Assembly: GCA_013239625.1 (NCBI GenBank)
Contig: MU053487.1
Location: 887,058 to 951,057, forward strand
From: Lama guanicoe
Lineage: Eukaryota
DNA length: 64,000 bases
Reading direction: 5' to 3'
Positions within the stretch are counted from its first letter, which is position 1. The number at the start of each line of letters is the position of its first letter. Below the pieces are notes generated by a model. The model was not told where the DNA came from. It did not search any database and saw only the letters and a program-made list of their open reading frames with translations. Below, in pieces: positions 54,085-64,000 of the stretch. Made by a program: the position numbers and the translations under genes.

Positions 54085-54822
54085 TCATACTGGTGTTTTC
54101 TCTTGTCCATCAGCACAGTCTCTTGGCTCTTATATTCAAAATGCAACCAGAACTAAACCACTTCTTACTGCCTCCATCACTTCCCTACTTTCCCGTTGGT
54201 CCAGGCTGCAGCTCTCTCTCACTTGGACCAGCTGGCCTCCCTGCATCCCTCCTGCCTCGTCACCTCCACACATGGTCAGGGTGACCCATAAGCACACTGA
54301 AGTCGGAGTATGTCACTCACCTGCACAAAGCCATCCAGTGGCTCCCCACATGACTCACAGTCAACCCACAGTCATGGAGGTCTGCAAGGCCTCCCACGGT
54401 CTGGCCCCCTTCTACTTCCCAGTCTCACCCCCACTGCCCCTACTCTGACTTCCTTGGGATCCTTCCTACTCTTAAACACAACCAGCACAGTGGAGTCTCA
54501 GGTCTTCTGCACTGGTTTTCTCTTCGTGGAACGTTTGGTCTTCAGACTTCAGTGTGGCTCCCATCTTCCCTTCCTTCGGGTCCTTATAAGGGAAGCCTGA
54601 TCAGCATCACCTCACTCCCTTCATTCTTTGTTCTCTTTATCCCATGTTACCTTTTCTTCGTAGCGCTCATCAGCCTTGACAGAGTCTGGTTTTTGTTTAT
54701 TCTCCCTCTGAAATATATGCTCTGTGAAGGCAGGACTTTATGTTTTGTTGTTGTCTGTTTTGTTTTCATTGCCTAGAACTTTGCCCAGCTCACACAGGCA
54801 CTCAATAAATATTTTCTGAATG
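54085..54822 (+). mobile_element. L2a-like LINE 3' region
   Basis: ccacttcttactgcctcca, tgtcactcacctgcacaaagccatccagtggctcccc, and end gcctagaac..aggcactcaataaatattttctgaatg. Confidence 0.8.
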
Positions 54823-55487
54823 TGGCTCAGAGAGGTTAACAATTTGCCCAGGGCTACCCAGCTAGTAAACAGTAAAGTAGGATCCAAGGTCTGTTGGCAC
54901 TGAGGACCATGCCGTATCTAATCTATTTTCTCTGCCTCTTGCCTACTGGATAAATATTAGGGCTGATAGGACTGACCAAGTAGGTCCTCGTGACTCTGAT
55001 ATCTTTAGAGAGACATGTTCAGTGAAGAACGTGATGGTTAAGGAAGAATCCTTTCCTTTTGGTAATCTTGGACATTAGAAGAATACTTAGCCTCAACTGC
55101 CTTTCTGCGATAAGAAATCACAAGGGCTTTCAATGTCCTTGTCTGTGTTTCTGTCTCTTCAAGAATCCTTAATTAAATTTCATATATTACTTGATATTAG
55201 TCCTATATGAAAAAGAAAAGAAAGAGAAATCAATGAACTCGTTTGGCTTCTACAGTCTCTGTTTTGATTGTGGAAGCAGAGAGAAAGCAGCTGGTGATAG
55301 ACATGGACAGTGCAGTGGGCACTTCTTTGAATAGTGCATTGAAGATGACAATCCCTCTGGCTCTCTGCTCTAGTCCAGGTAGACCGAGTGTTCCGGAAGG
55401 CCACTGCCCTGGCCTGACAGTCACATTGCCCTGTGATCGTGGCTGTAAGGTCAGATGGCTCTAAGGACCCCTCTTACCTCCTTGTTG

Positions 55488-55997
55488 AAGATGGTATTTT
55501 ACAAAGTTGGCCGCACCGATACATATCTCATCCCACACGATCTTTTACAGCGTGACACAGATATGCCTCCACTGAGCTGTGTCATCTGGGTTTCCTTTCT
55601 TTGAATCTGGGTGAGCAAGTGGCTGTGGTGTAAAAGAGGCTCCAAGACTCCTGAGGCTGTCATAGAAGATGGAACAATCTTTGCAATGTCCGCTTGGGAC
55701 ACCCAGCCACCAGGCTGTGAGGGAGCCAGGGACCACAGGAAAGCCTGCATGTTGTGGTTCCCATCACAGCCGCAGTGGAGGGCTTGGCTGACAGCAGCAT
55801 CAACCACCAGCTTTAAGGGTGAGCACTTTCCCAAGAGAAGCCCCCAGCCTTTGAGCTGTACCAGTTGATCTCACGTGGAGCAGAGGTGAGCTGTCTTCAC
55901 CAACTTCTGCCCAACCTGCAGATTCATGAGTAAAATAAATGTCATTGCTTAAAGCCACTAAGTTTTGGGATGGCTTGTCACTCAGCAATAGATAAGA
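55488..55997 (+). mobile_element. MaLR LTR, MLT1G-like
   Basis: cccagccaccaggctgtgag, gacagcagcatcaaccaccag, and end cagattcatgagtaaaataaatg..aagccactaagttttgggatggcttgt..cagcaatagataa. Confidence 0.8.
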
Positions 55998-56209
55998 GGA
56001 ACCCTCTTCCAACAATGCAACGTCAACGACTTCCCTGCTGTGTTTAGCCTTATGTAGAGAGAACAGTCTTAGTGAATACATGTTAAAGGGGAAGATTCAT
56101 AGGTTAGCCTTTCTTCTTAGTGAATTAAGGCTGAAGCAATTCCATTTTCTAACCAGTCTCACATACAGTATGGCCAATACAGGTAGTATTTCATAAGGGG
56201 ATTTTAATA

Positions 56210-56460
56210 GGAGACGAAGAACTGGTCTGAAGGGAAGAACCTACCTTGGGTAAAGGGGCCAGTTTTTCATACACTCTGTATCGGTCAGTCACTAGTTGTA
56301 GCCCAGGGTGGGGGTAAGGCAGTTGCTGTTCAGCATGTGGCCATTCTTCAGAGCAAGGAGCTGCGGTCGGTGAGTCACAAGCAGCCAGTACTCACATCAG
56401 CCGGGGATGGTGCACGGCCTGGAAGAGGACACTGGGAAGGATCCCTATAACATCACAATA
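56210..56460 (-). mobile_element. LTR16-like LTR fragment
   Basis: Shares cagtcact/ggtcattg, gcagccagtactcac..agc and ggcctgg..aagagga motifs with the LTR at 2162-2598. Confidence 0.5.
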
Positions 56461-57054
56461 CATCATATTACAAAGGGGGTTATGAATTAACCCGTGGGTT
56501 CCTTCCATCCTCCTTCTTCCCTTCAATTCCTCCTCCCACTTCCCATCACCAAAGGCATTCTCCCATGAGAGTGGACCTTGAAATCAAAGACTCTATCTAG
56601 CCAGCTAGTGATGAGACTAGAGACACAAAATAGATTATATTTTAGAAAGAGAGAAAGAAAACCACTTACCATTATATTTAGTCTTATTTTTTTGTGCCAG
56701 CAATGTTTCGTTTTAAGAATTGATATTTAAATGCCCTAAACCATACTTTTTTTAGAAAGGAGTTAGAAGAGTTGACAATTAGAAACTTTGTAAGCGGCAT
56801 CAGGGAGAGGGTAGTCCTTTAGAGCTCTAGCACAGGTTCACAAATGCACACGATTGGACACCAAACAGTGGGTACTGAATTCACAGCATGAGTCTGAGTG
56901 ATGATCCTAAGTGAAGTGATTTCTCTTTCAGTAAACAAAGTCAGTCATTCCCTTAGAAAATTACGTCTCTCCCCACTTTTGCCACTCTCCACCTCTAGTT
57001 GATGAATGTATAGTAATAAGCAGATCAGCAATATCAAATTGAAAAAAGGAGAAT

Positions 57055-57162
57055 GGGGAAGAGGGTATAGCTCAGTGGTAGAGTACATGTTTAGCATTTA
57101 CGAGGTCCTGGGTTCAATCCCCAGTACTGCCATTAAAAAAGTAATAATAAAATAATATTTTT
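57055..57162 (+). mobile_element. tRNA-Ala(AGC)-derived SINE, camelid vic-1-like
   Basis: GGGGAAGAGGGTATAGCTCAGTGGTAGAG...GGTTCAATCCCCAGTAC head. A-box TAGCTCAGTGG 57068-57078, B-box GGTTCAATCC 57111-57120, AGC anticodon remnant 57093-57095. A/T-rich tail. Perfect 12-bp TSD AAAAAGGAGAAT at 57043-57054 and 57163-57174. Confidence 0.9.
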
Positions 57163-57269
57163 AAAAAGGAGAATAAAAATCTCTGGCAAGGGCAGGGGAG
57201 TGGCATGAACCTAGTAGAGACTTGCTGTGTCTGTTGGATCCTTCTGGAAGCAGGTGCTGCGACAGGGTT

Positions 57270-57618
57270 AGGAGAGCCAGAGGTTTATCAGCATCAGGGT
57301 TTAAGATCTGTCAGAGTAAAGTAGGGGAGACTCTGGCTGTACTGCAGCTCTCACAAAGTCCTGGCTGACCCCCAAAGTAGCTCCTGTGCAAGGATTGTCC
57401 TGAGAGGAGTCCTGCATCGGACTGAAACAGGCAAATCCTAGAACACTTAATGTGCCTGGGGGAGGCCCTGGAAGAGCGTGACCTTAGCTTGAACACTGAG
57501 GTGAAATCAGAAAACTCTGCAGCTGGAGGCTGTCAAGTGACTGTGCTCCTTGCAGCTAAAAAGGAAGCCCTTTCCTGAAGGGACTGCTGAACTGTTTACC
57601 TCCATGGCTGCCGCACCT
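57270..57618 (-). mobile_element. LTR16A-like LTR fragment
   Basis: gaggagtcctgcatcgg, gtgaccttagcttgaacactgagg, gctggaggctgtca and end cctccatggctgccgca. Confidence 0.55.
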
Positions 57619-58066
57619 CCCCGTGGAGGCATATTTTTACAACGGGAGGAGCTGGTGTGAGGAAGAAGCGCCCTCAGTGCTGAGCTTTGAGAAAGCCTTT
57701 ACCCTCTGCCATCGCCCTGTGGTGCTGCTCCTCGGCTCTAGTTATTTCCTGCCATTGAGGAGGTAAGGTCCCCCATCAAGAGTCTGAGCAGCAAGGGGCT
57801 GGGCTCATTGGGACTCCTGGTCAACCCTTCACTTGATCACTGTGCATGTGGACGCAGGCCAGGGCAGGCAGCCTGGTGAGGAGTTGGGGCAGAGCCAGGC
57901 CCTGGTTCCCCTGTCCTCTCCCCATCTTTATCCTTATTCTGTTGGGCTCACCCACTGTCAAGGGAAGCTCTCATGGACAGGAACTGTCAGTGTCTTCCTT
58001 ACACCCACTGGATCCAGCCATTTGACAGATACTGGAGGAAGGACTTCCATAGGACAGAGGACCAAG

Positions 58067-58673
58067 TGTTGCTGAAGTATTGGCCCCTGTCCCTGATGAG
58101 CCAAATAACTCAGACCAGGTCTTGGATCTTAGAAGAAGAGAGGCAGCTTTATTACTTTGCCAGGCAAAGGGGACTCACAGCAGGCTAGTGCCTTCAAAAC
58201 TGTGAACCTGTCTTGGGGTTGGGATTTAGTGATTATATAGACAAATGGATTAGAGCATGAAAGGTGATAAAAGCAGGTGGGAGCATAAAAGATGGTCATG
58301 ATCAAAAAATGTCTCTGATGAAACTTCCTCCTAAATCTTGATGAGTCGGTCTGCTATCATGGGACCTCCCAGTGGTCTGGAAGGTCATCAGCCTTTATCT
58401 GGTCAGACTCATCCAGCACTTCAGAGGAACTCTGGGGGATCTGGTCATCCTCCATGACTCCCTTCCTGGGGAATGACTCAGATGCCAAACATGATTGTAA
58501 TTATCAGAGTAAGGTAAAATCAAACAGTAGTAATAACAACTTCAGCTTTAACAACGGGCCTGGGGCTGGGAGCAGTGTCTGGTCAGTCAGGTTTGCTGAT
58601 CACTCTAAAAGCAAGCAGTAAGCATAAAGCCAAAAATTTGTTAGCCCAAGTGTGGCCATTTTATTCTCCTTCA
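58067..58673 (-). mobile_element. ERV1-class solo LTR
   Basis: TGTTGCTG...CCTTCA termini. Perfect 4-bp TSD CAAG at 58063-58066 and 58674-58677. TTTATT (antisense polyA signal) near 58148. Confidence 0.85.
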
Positions 58674-59344
58674 CAAGGGGCTTAGAAGGACTGAAAGCAC
58701 TGAAGAGTGACTGCAGCCCCAGGGACAGTGGGGGCAGGAGGAAGCCATGCTCACAAGCCTGCATGTCATGATTCATTCACCTGGGACTGCGTTCTATGAA
58801 AAGGTTATTGGTAGACTGTAAATGGTCAGCGGTGATTGGAGATGCCCGTAGGGTTTGTCTGGAAAATGCTCTGATGACTTCCTGCTGACCGGTGAGATCG
58901 ACGTACTCTTTGCCTCTCAAGCTGTGGAAGCGCGGGGAGCGACCAGGTGAAAACCCCATCCCAGTTGCAGGTCAAGCGAATTATTTTTCTTAGTTTATCT
59001 ATTTTAAAAAAGTGCCACGCCACTTTCTAGGACAATTGAAGGAAATGTAGTAGCAGAGGCTTCTATGGCTGAAGGGGGAAAGCGCTGGACATTTGAAATC
59101 AAAAGATTGCATCTGGGTGTGGGAATTGCAATTTCTAACTATGGGATCTGGGCAAGTTTTACATTTCTCTGAACCAGATTTTTCCATCTATAAAATCAGA
59201 ATGGGTTTGAAAATAAAATGTTTCCTCTGTCCTTCCCTCTTTCCTTCTCTCCCTCTTTTATTCATTCTCTACCTTCCTTTTCCCTTCTTTCCCTCTTTCC
59301 TCCCATCCTTTCTTTTTCCCTTCCTACCCTCCTTCCTTCTATTA

Positions 59345-60130
59345 TTCAGTATACAATTTATTGAGCTGCTGAGCTAGGCACTGGTGAAACATAGGTAAAA
59401 CCACTGATGACTTCAAAGACCCCAGAACAGGAAAAAAATGGATAGCAGTGTGTTTATGCCATAGATGTCTATTAGTTGTAGCAGTAGCGCCAAAGAGAAA
59501 GGGATAATCTCTTAGGAAAAGTCACAGACAGCATATTGTCTGAGCAAAAGGGAGTAGCTTGTGAGGTGGACCAACTGGGACTAGAGTGAGGATGAAGGAA
59601 GGAAAGTCATGTGCAGACTCCATGTGCAAAAGCTACAAGAGGATGCAGATCATTTGGTGATTGACCTGTTGAGTTAGTGGCATTTGTGAGAGCACCAAAT
59701 CCTTCTGGCAACTAGACACCTAGAACAAGATCAGTGGGTCACAAACGATCAAGACTGGAGGCCATGTGTGGGGACACTTGGCATGTACACAGCAGACAAC
59801 TTGATGGGAGGCTTTGGAGATCTCACAGCAAAGAGGGCTGGAACAGAACCCTGGGGAACACCAAAATTGGAGTACATTGAGAAAGATATATGAGGTCCAG
59901 CAAGGAGAATGATGGGGAGAAACTAAATAGAATCACATTGCTGAAGCCACAACAGAGTATGTGTCACGGAGGAGTGGTGGAGAGCTTCAAATCCTGCAGG
60001 GAGGCCGTGGTCAGACTGTGCAAGGAATATGGTGATTAGGAAGTCAGTGGTGATGGAGGCATCCACGTGGCAGTCAACGAAGCCATGTGCAAAGGCTTTG
60101 AAATGTGTGGAGAGCCATGGGAAAGAAATG
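59345..60130 (-). mobile_element. Degenerate L2 fragments
   Basis: atttattgagc..ctaggcactgg, cagaaccctggggaacaccaaaatt, tcaaatcctgcagggaggcc. Confidence 0.5.
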
Positions 60131-60949
60131 TCAGTTCCTCATGAAGGCAGGAATCAGCCACCTTTGGCTGATCAATTCAGACTGTTCAGTGAGGATAACA
60201 TCAAAGTCATCACTCCAGATTTGCAGCTTCTCAATTGCATCAGGTGGATAATAGAGCATCAGTATCTTAAATAGACACCCCTGTGCTCATAATGAATGCT
60301 TTTTAACATGTTTACACCCTTATCTAAAAATGAGCTTCTTGTTGGCTCTGGAAGATTGCCTGGAATTTGTTGCTTAGAAGCAGAAATAAAATTGGGGGCA
60401 TAAGAAAGAATGAGAGAGAGAGAAACTGCAATTCATGGGGCTGTTGCTATGTAGGAATAAATAACCCCAGCATCTTGATGGCAGCATGGAGTTGTGGAAT
60501 GTATTCTCCAACGAAAGAAGCTTCTATCCTAAAGTCTGTTTTGGATAATGCCAATAGGGAAAGGGCTTCCAGCAGGACAAAACAGATTTTCCAACTAATA
60601 CTTTTATCCTGTAAGAAAGGAAAGGAAACTAATAAACTATCATAAGAAGAGAAGCGTGGCTGCTGAGGAAACCGCATCTAGAGGCTACGTGAATGGTTTC
60701 AATAATTCAGTGCCCGTATCCTGGGGGGCTGCAGTGACCCATGGCTGAGCACAGCAAGGAGCTAGCTTGGGTGAGGGTCATGGGAACTGAGTCCATTTGG
60801 CTTGTAATATCTCCTTATGACTTTAACTGAGCTCCATACAGATGTCTAGAGAGGAGTCGTATAAGGACGTGCACTGTGGCCGTGACCAGTGCTGTCCTGG
60901 GTCAGGCCTGGGACACACCGGGCACGTGTTCCTGCCTTGGCACTGACTG

Positions 60950-61265
60950 TTTTCCTGCTTGGTTTGCTCAGCTCCAAATATCCACATGGCTCCTGCCCTT
61001 GTCGTTCTTAGGCCTATACTAAGCATTGCCTTCTCAGTGAAGCCTTCTCAGGCAAACACCACCTGCATTTATCTACCAGCTCACCCTCTCCTCTTCCTTA
61101 CTTTATTTGTAATTTATACCACTTACTATCTTATGATATAATAAGATGTATCTTTCCATAATGTTAGCTGTTCAAAGCAATGATTTCTGCCTGCTTTGAT
61201 CACTGCTACATCCTCGGTGTCTAGAAGAGTGCTTGGCACCTAGGAGGCACTCAGTAAATATTTTC
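60950..61265 (+). mobile_element. L2a-like 3' end
   Basis: ccttctcagtgaagccttc and tcactgctacatcctcggtgtctagaagagtgcttggcacctaggaggcactcagtaaatattt. Confidence 0.75.
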
Positions 61266-62339
61266 AGAGTGAGGGAAGGAATGGGCTTTGGCAGCCTGCC
61301 ATGTTTTTGGCTCCAGAGAGGAATAGTCAAGCTTCTAGAAAAGTGCTTCCTACAGAAACCATCAAGTTACTACTTAGCCTCCTGTCTCCACCAAGTCTGT
61401 GATCCCTTCCTCTTCCTTTAAGACGTGAGTGGCTGGCATCACTCAGATTTGTCAAGAGCCTCCACAATGTTCATTCCAGGCCTTCTCTCTGCCATCATGT
61501 AAACTGTCCTCCTTTCAGATGCCTGGTTGGTCCCAGGCTGGAGCTGTACCTGAGACCTATGGGTATTTAGAACCTCAGAATCTGGAAAGCCCATCAATCT
61601 AGTCTGCACTTCTCTAGATGAAGAAACTAGAACTCAGAAAAGTGTCCTAATTTCCCACTGGGCAAATGGGGCCTGCAGAGGAGAGGAGAGAACTGAGGCT
61701 GTGTGTTTGGGCATCATATACGTTATCACGTGTGAGCCTCACAAATGGTGTGGCTCTGGTACCATGAGTCCTGGAAAACAGAGAATCAGAAACATTAAAT
61801 TACTTTCCCAGGGCTGCTCAGTTCCTGAGTGTTAAAGTCAGGATGGGGACCCAGGTTTATTTTGATTCTAAACTCCTGCTTCATGGACTCAGTTACATTT
61901 GTGCTGTAATTTGGGGCAGGGTGGAGAGTCACATCCTGAGCCCCTGCACTTGATGGTGGGTAAGTGAATGTGTGGCCACATCCTTCTCTGCCGTCAGTCC
62001 CTTTTGGCTTTCTGGAAGAGGGTTTTCACCTTTTCCCTCTTGTTTCAGCAGAAGAGGTATTCCTCTTTTCTATCTAGCAGTTATTCCTCTGCTGAGTCAT
62101 TTTCCATCTACACCTCTTCTTCCTCTCCCTGGCCTCTCCTACGAGCACTTAAACATGCTTAGTTTTATGTGTGTCTCATGGTACAAAGGAACAAAGCTGT
62201 CTGGTTGTCCTACATTCTCCTGAGATGATGGTCTTTTCTCCTCCTCCTTTAATTCTGGGATTCCTGGTTGCATCCTCTGCATTTGCCCCTTTCCCATTGT
62301 CTCCTCGATCTTGTGCAGTTCTGCCCTTACCAGTCTCAA

Positions 62340-62895
62340 GGCTGTTCCTACTGCTCCCTCTGTGTCTCTCCCTAGTCCCCTGGGGACTACCATTCTATCC
62401 TCTACTTCTTTATCTTTGACTACTTTAGATGCATCATGAGAGAGGAATAACACAGCGTTTGCCTTCTTGTGATGGACTTATTTCTCTTAGTGTAATGCCT
62501 TCCATGTTGTCATAGATGATAGGATTAGGATTTCCTTCTTTTTTAATGCTGAATTATATTCCACTGTATCATCTCATGTTAAGTGTTCTTACTATAGCAG
62601 AAAGAAAGAAAAAGAAAAGCAGGAAGGCAGAAAGGCAGAAAGAAAGAGGAAGAAGGAAGGAAGGAGAGAAAGAAAGTAGAAGGGAAGGAAGAAAGGAAGG
62701 AAGGAAAAAAGGAAGAAAAAAAAGAAAACAAAGGGACACAAGGAAACTGTGGTGATGATGGATATATTTATTAACAGGATTGTGGTGATGGCAACACAGT
62801 TGTGTGCATATGTTCAAACTTACCAAATTGTACACATCAACCATATGTGCAGTTTTTTAGTATACCAATTATACCTCAGTAAAGCTGGGGAAAAA
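62340..62895 (+). mobile_element. L1 (L1MA9/L1MA10-like) 3' end with an inverted upstream segment
   Basis: Sense 3' end about 62566-62895 (atgttaagtgttctta..gattgtggtgatgg..caattatacctcagtaaagctgg plus A run). Antisense upstream 3'UTR at about 62340-62565. Confidence 0.75.
62600..62732. repeat. Purine-rich (GAAG/GAAA)n low-complexity expansion inside L1
   Basis: Directly visible. Other purine or pyrimidine tracts at 3938-3989, 7856-7907, 50461-50566 and 59221-59340. Confidence 0.9.
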
Positions 62896-63349
62896 TAACA
62901 TAGCTATTACAAGACACAGTACCTATTTAAATAATAGTTGCATGCATGAAAAATAGAGCTGTCCCTGCTGAGAACACTAGTAACCTCTTTGTTGTTAACT
63001 CCTGCAACCTCTCTTCAGACTTATCTTACTCGAGCCTTCTACAGCACTTGATGTGGGAAACTAGTCCATTGTTCTCCAAAGTCTGTTCCCTTGGAGAACA
63101 TACTCTCGGGCTTTCTGCATACACCTCTCCAGCTAAGCTGTGGTTAGCTGGATCTCTGGTAGATTGCATAAATGGCTTCAGTAATCTCTACCATTCCAGT
63201 GTGTATGCCCATAGGACTTTGCTGATACTCCATCAAAAGATGGTGTTTATTTCTGCATCCATTGAATCTGGGCATGGTCACATGAGTTGCTTTAAGGAAA
63301 TTAGCAAACAGGATTCATCAATAAGTTTGCCTTCTTCCTCTCAAATGTA

Positions 63350-64000
63350 ATAAGTTTAAAATACTTTATTCCCAAATAGTCTCCCAGAATTGATTTGGTT
63401 TGATATTGTTACTTAAAAACTTTTTGTATCTTATTCATATAGTCTATCATGGAAATGGGACACTGTTATCATTGTTTTATGAGTTAGATATTCTTAGGTT
63501 TACCTAGAATTCATCCTTTGCTCACTATGCTTTATTAAATCTTCAGTCTTTTGTTTGAAATCATTTTCCATCTTTCTAAAGTGTTTTCTTTAAAAGTTCC
63601 TTTAGTGAAGATCTGTTGGAAATAAACCAGTTTTCATTTGTCTGTAACTGCCTTTATCTCACCCTCATTCTTTAAATATTGTCTTGATGGTTATACAATT
63701 CCCAGTTGACAGATATTTTACTTAAGCAATATAAGTGGATTCCATTGTTGCTACTGGGAGCCATTCATCATTCTAAGTGTCATGACACTGGAGGTAAGCT
63801 GTTTTTCTCTGGGTACCTGAAAAGTCTTTCTGTGTTCCTTGGTGTTTGGCAGATTTATTGCACTTGCACTGTACCTCAGTCTGGGCTTCTTTTTAGTTAT
63901 TCTATTAAGACTAGGGATCAGAGAATCGTGCCTTTCATCAATTCTTGAAACTTTTGGGCGATTATCTCTCTAAATATCATTTATCTACCAACTCATTATC
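63350..64000 (-). mobile_element. Old L1 internal fragment, runs off the window
   Basis: aagttcctttagtgaagatctgttgg, ctttatctcaccctcattcttt, gattatctctctaaatat. Confidence 0.65.

Noticed and set aside
57055..57132. Functional tRNA-Ala gene
   Set aside because: The anticodon and acceptor stems are mismatched, and it has an A-rich tail and TSD instead of a poly-T terminator. It is a SINE.
62516..62844. Charged or hydrophobic ORFs suggesting nuclear or membrane peptides
   Set aside because: Translation of the (GAAG)n microsatellite within L1.
1..64000. The short ORFs (60-141 aa) of the six-frame track as genes
   Set aside because: No recognisable domains apart from L1 ORF2 relics. Many start at TTG/GTG, overlap repeats or are low complexity, as expected by chance in mammalian non-coding DNA.

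Overview
This is eutherian mammalian nuclear DNA, intergenic or deep intronic. I recognise no protein-coding exon, RNA gene, CRISPR array or prokaryotic system. The only ORFs with recognisable protein are broken LINE-1 ORF2 fragments (45173-46272); the rest of the ORF track looks like chance. A large share of the window is transposable-element relics: L1, L2, MIR, MaLR/ERVL/ERV1 solo LTRs (several with 4-bp target-site duplications and nested insertions) and hAT MITEs. One young tRNA-Ala-derived SINE with a 12-bp TSD resembles the camelid vic-1 family. Together with no visible Alu, B1/B2, BovB, PRE-1 or Can-SINE, this suggests a camelid host (inference). The most interesting unexplained signals are repeat-free, motif-dense blocks that may be regulatory (15340-15830, 37450-38330, 58780-59030), a perfect 18-bp hairpin with a template-switch signature (2750-2800), a 75-bp local duplication differing only by transitions, and a probable twin-primed L1. 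Repeat subfamily names come from my recollection of consensus sequences, not from a search. I did not find a novel biological system.
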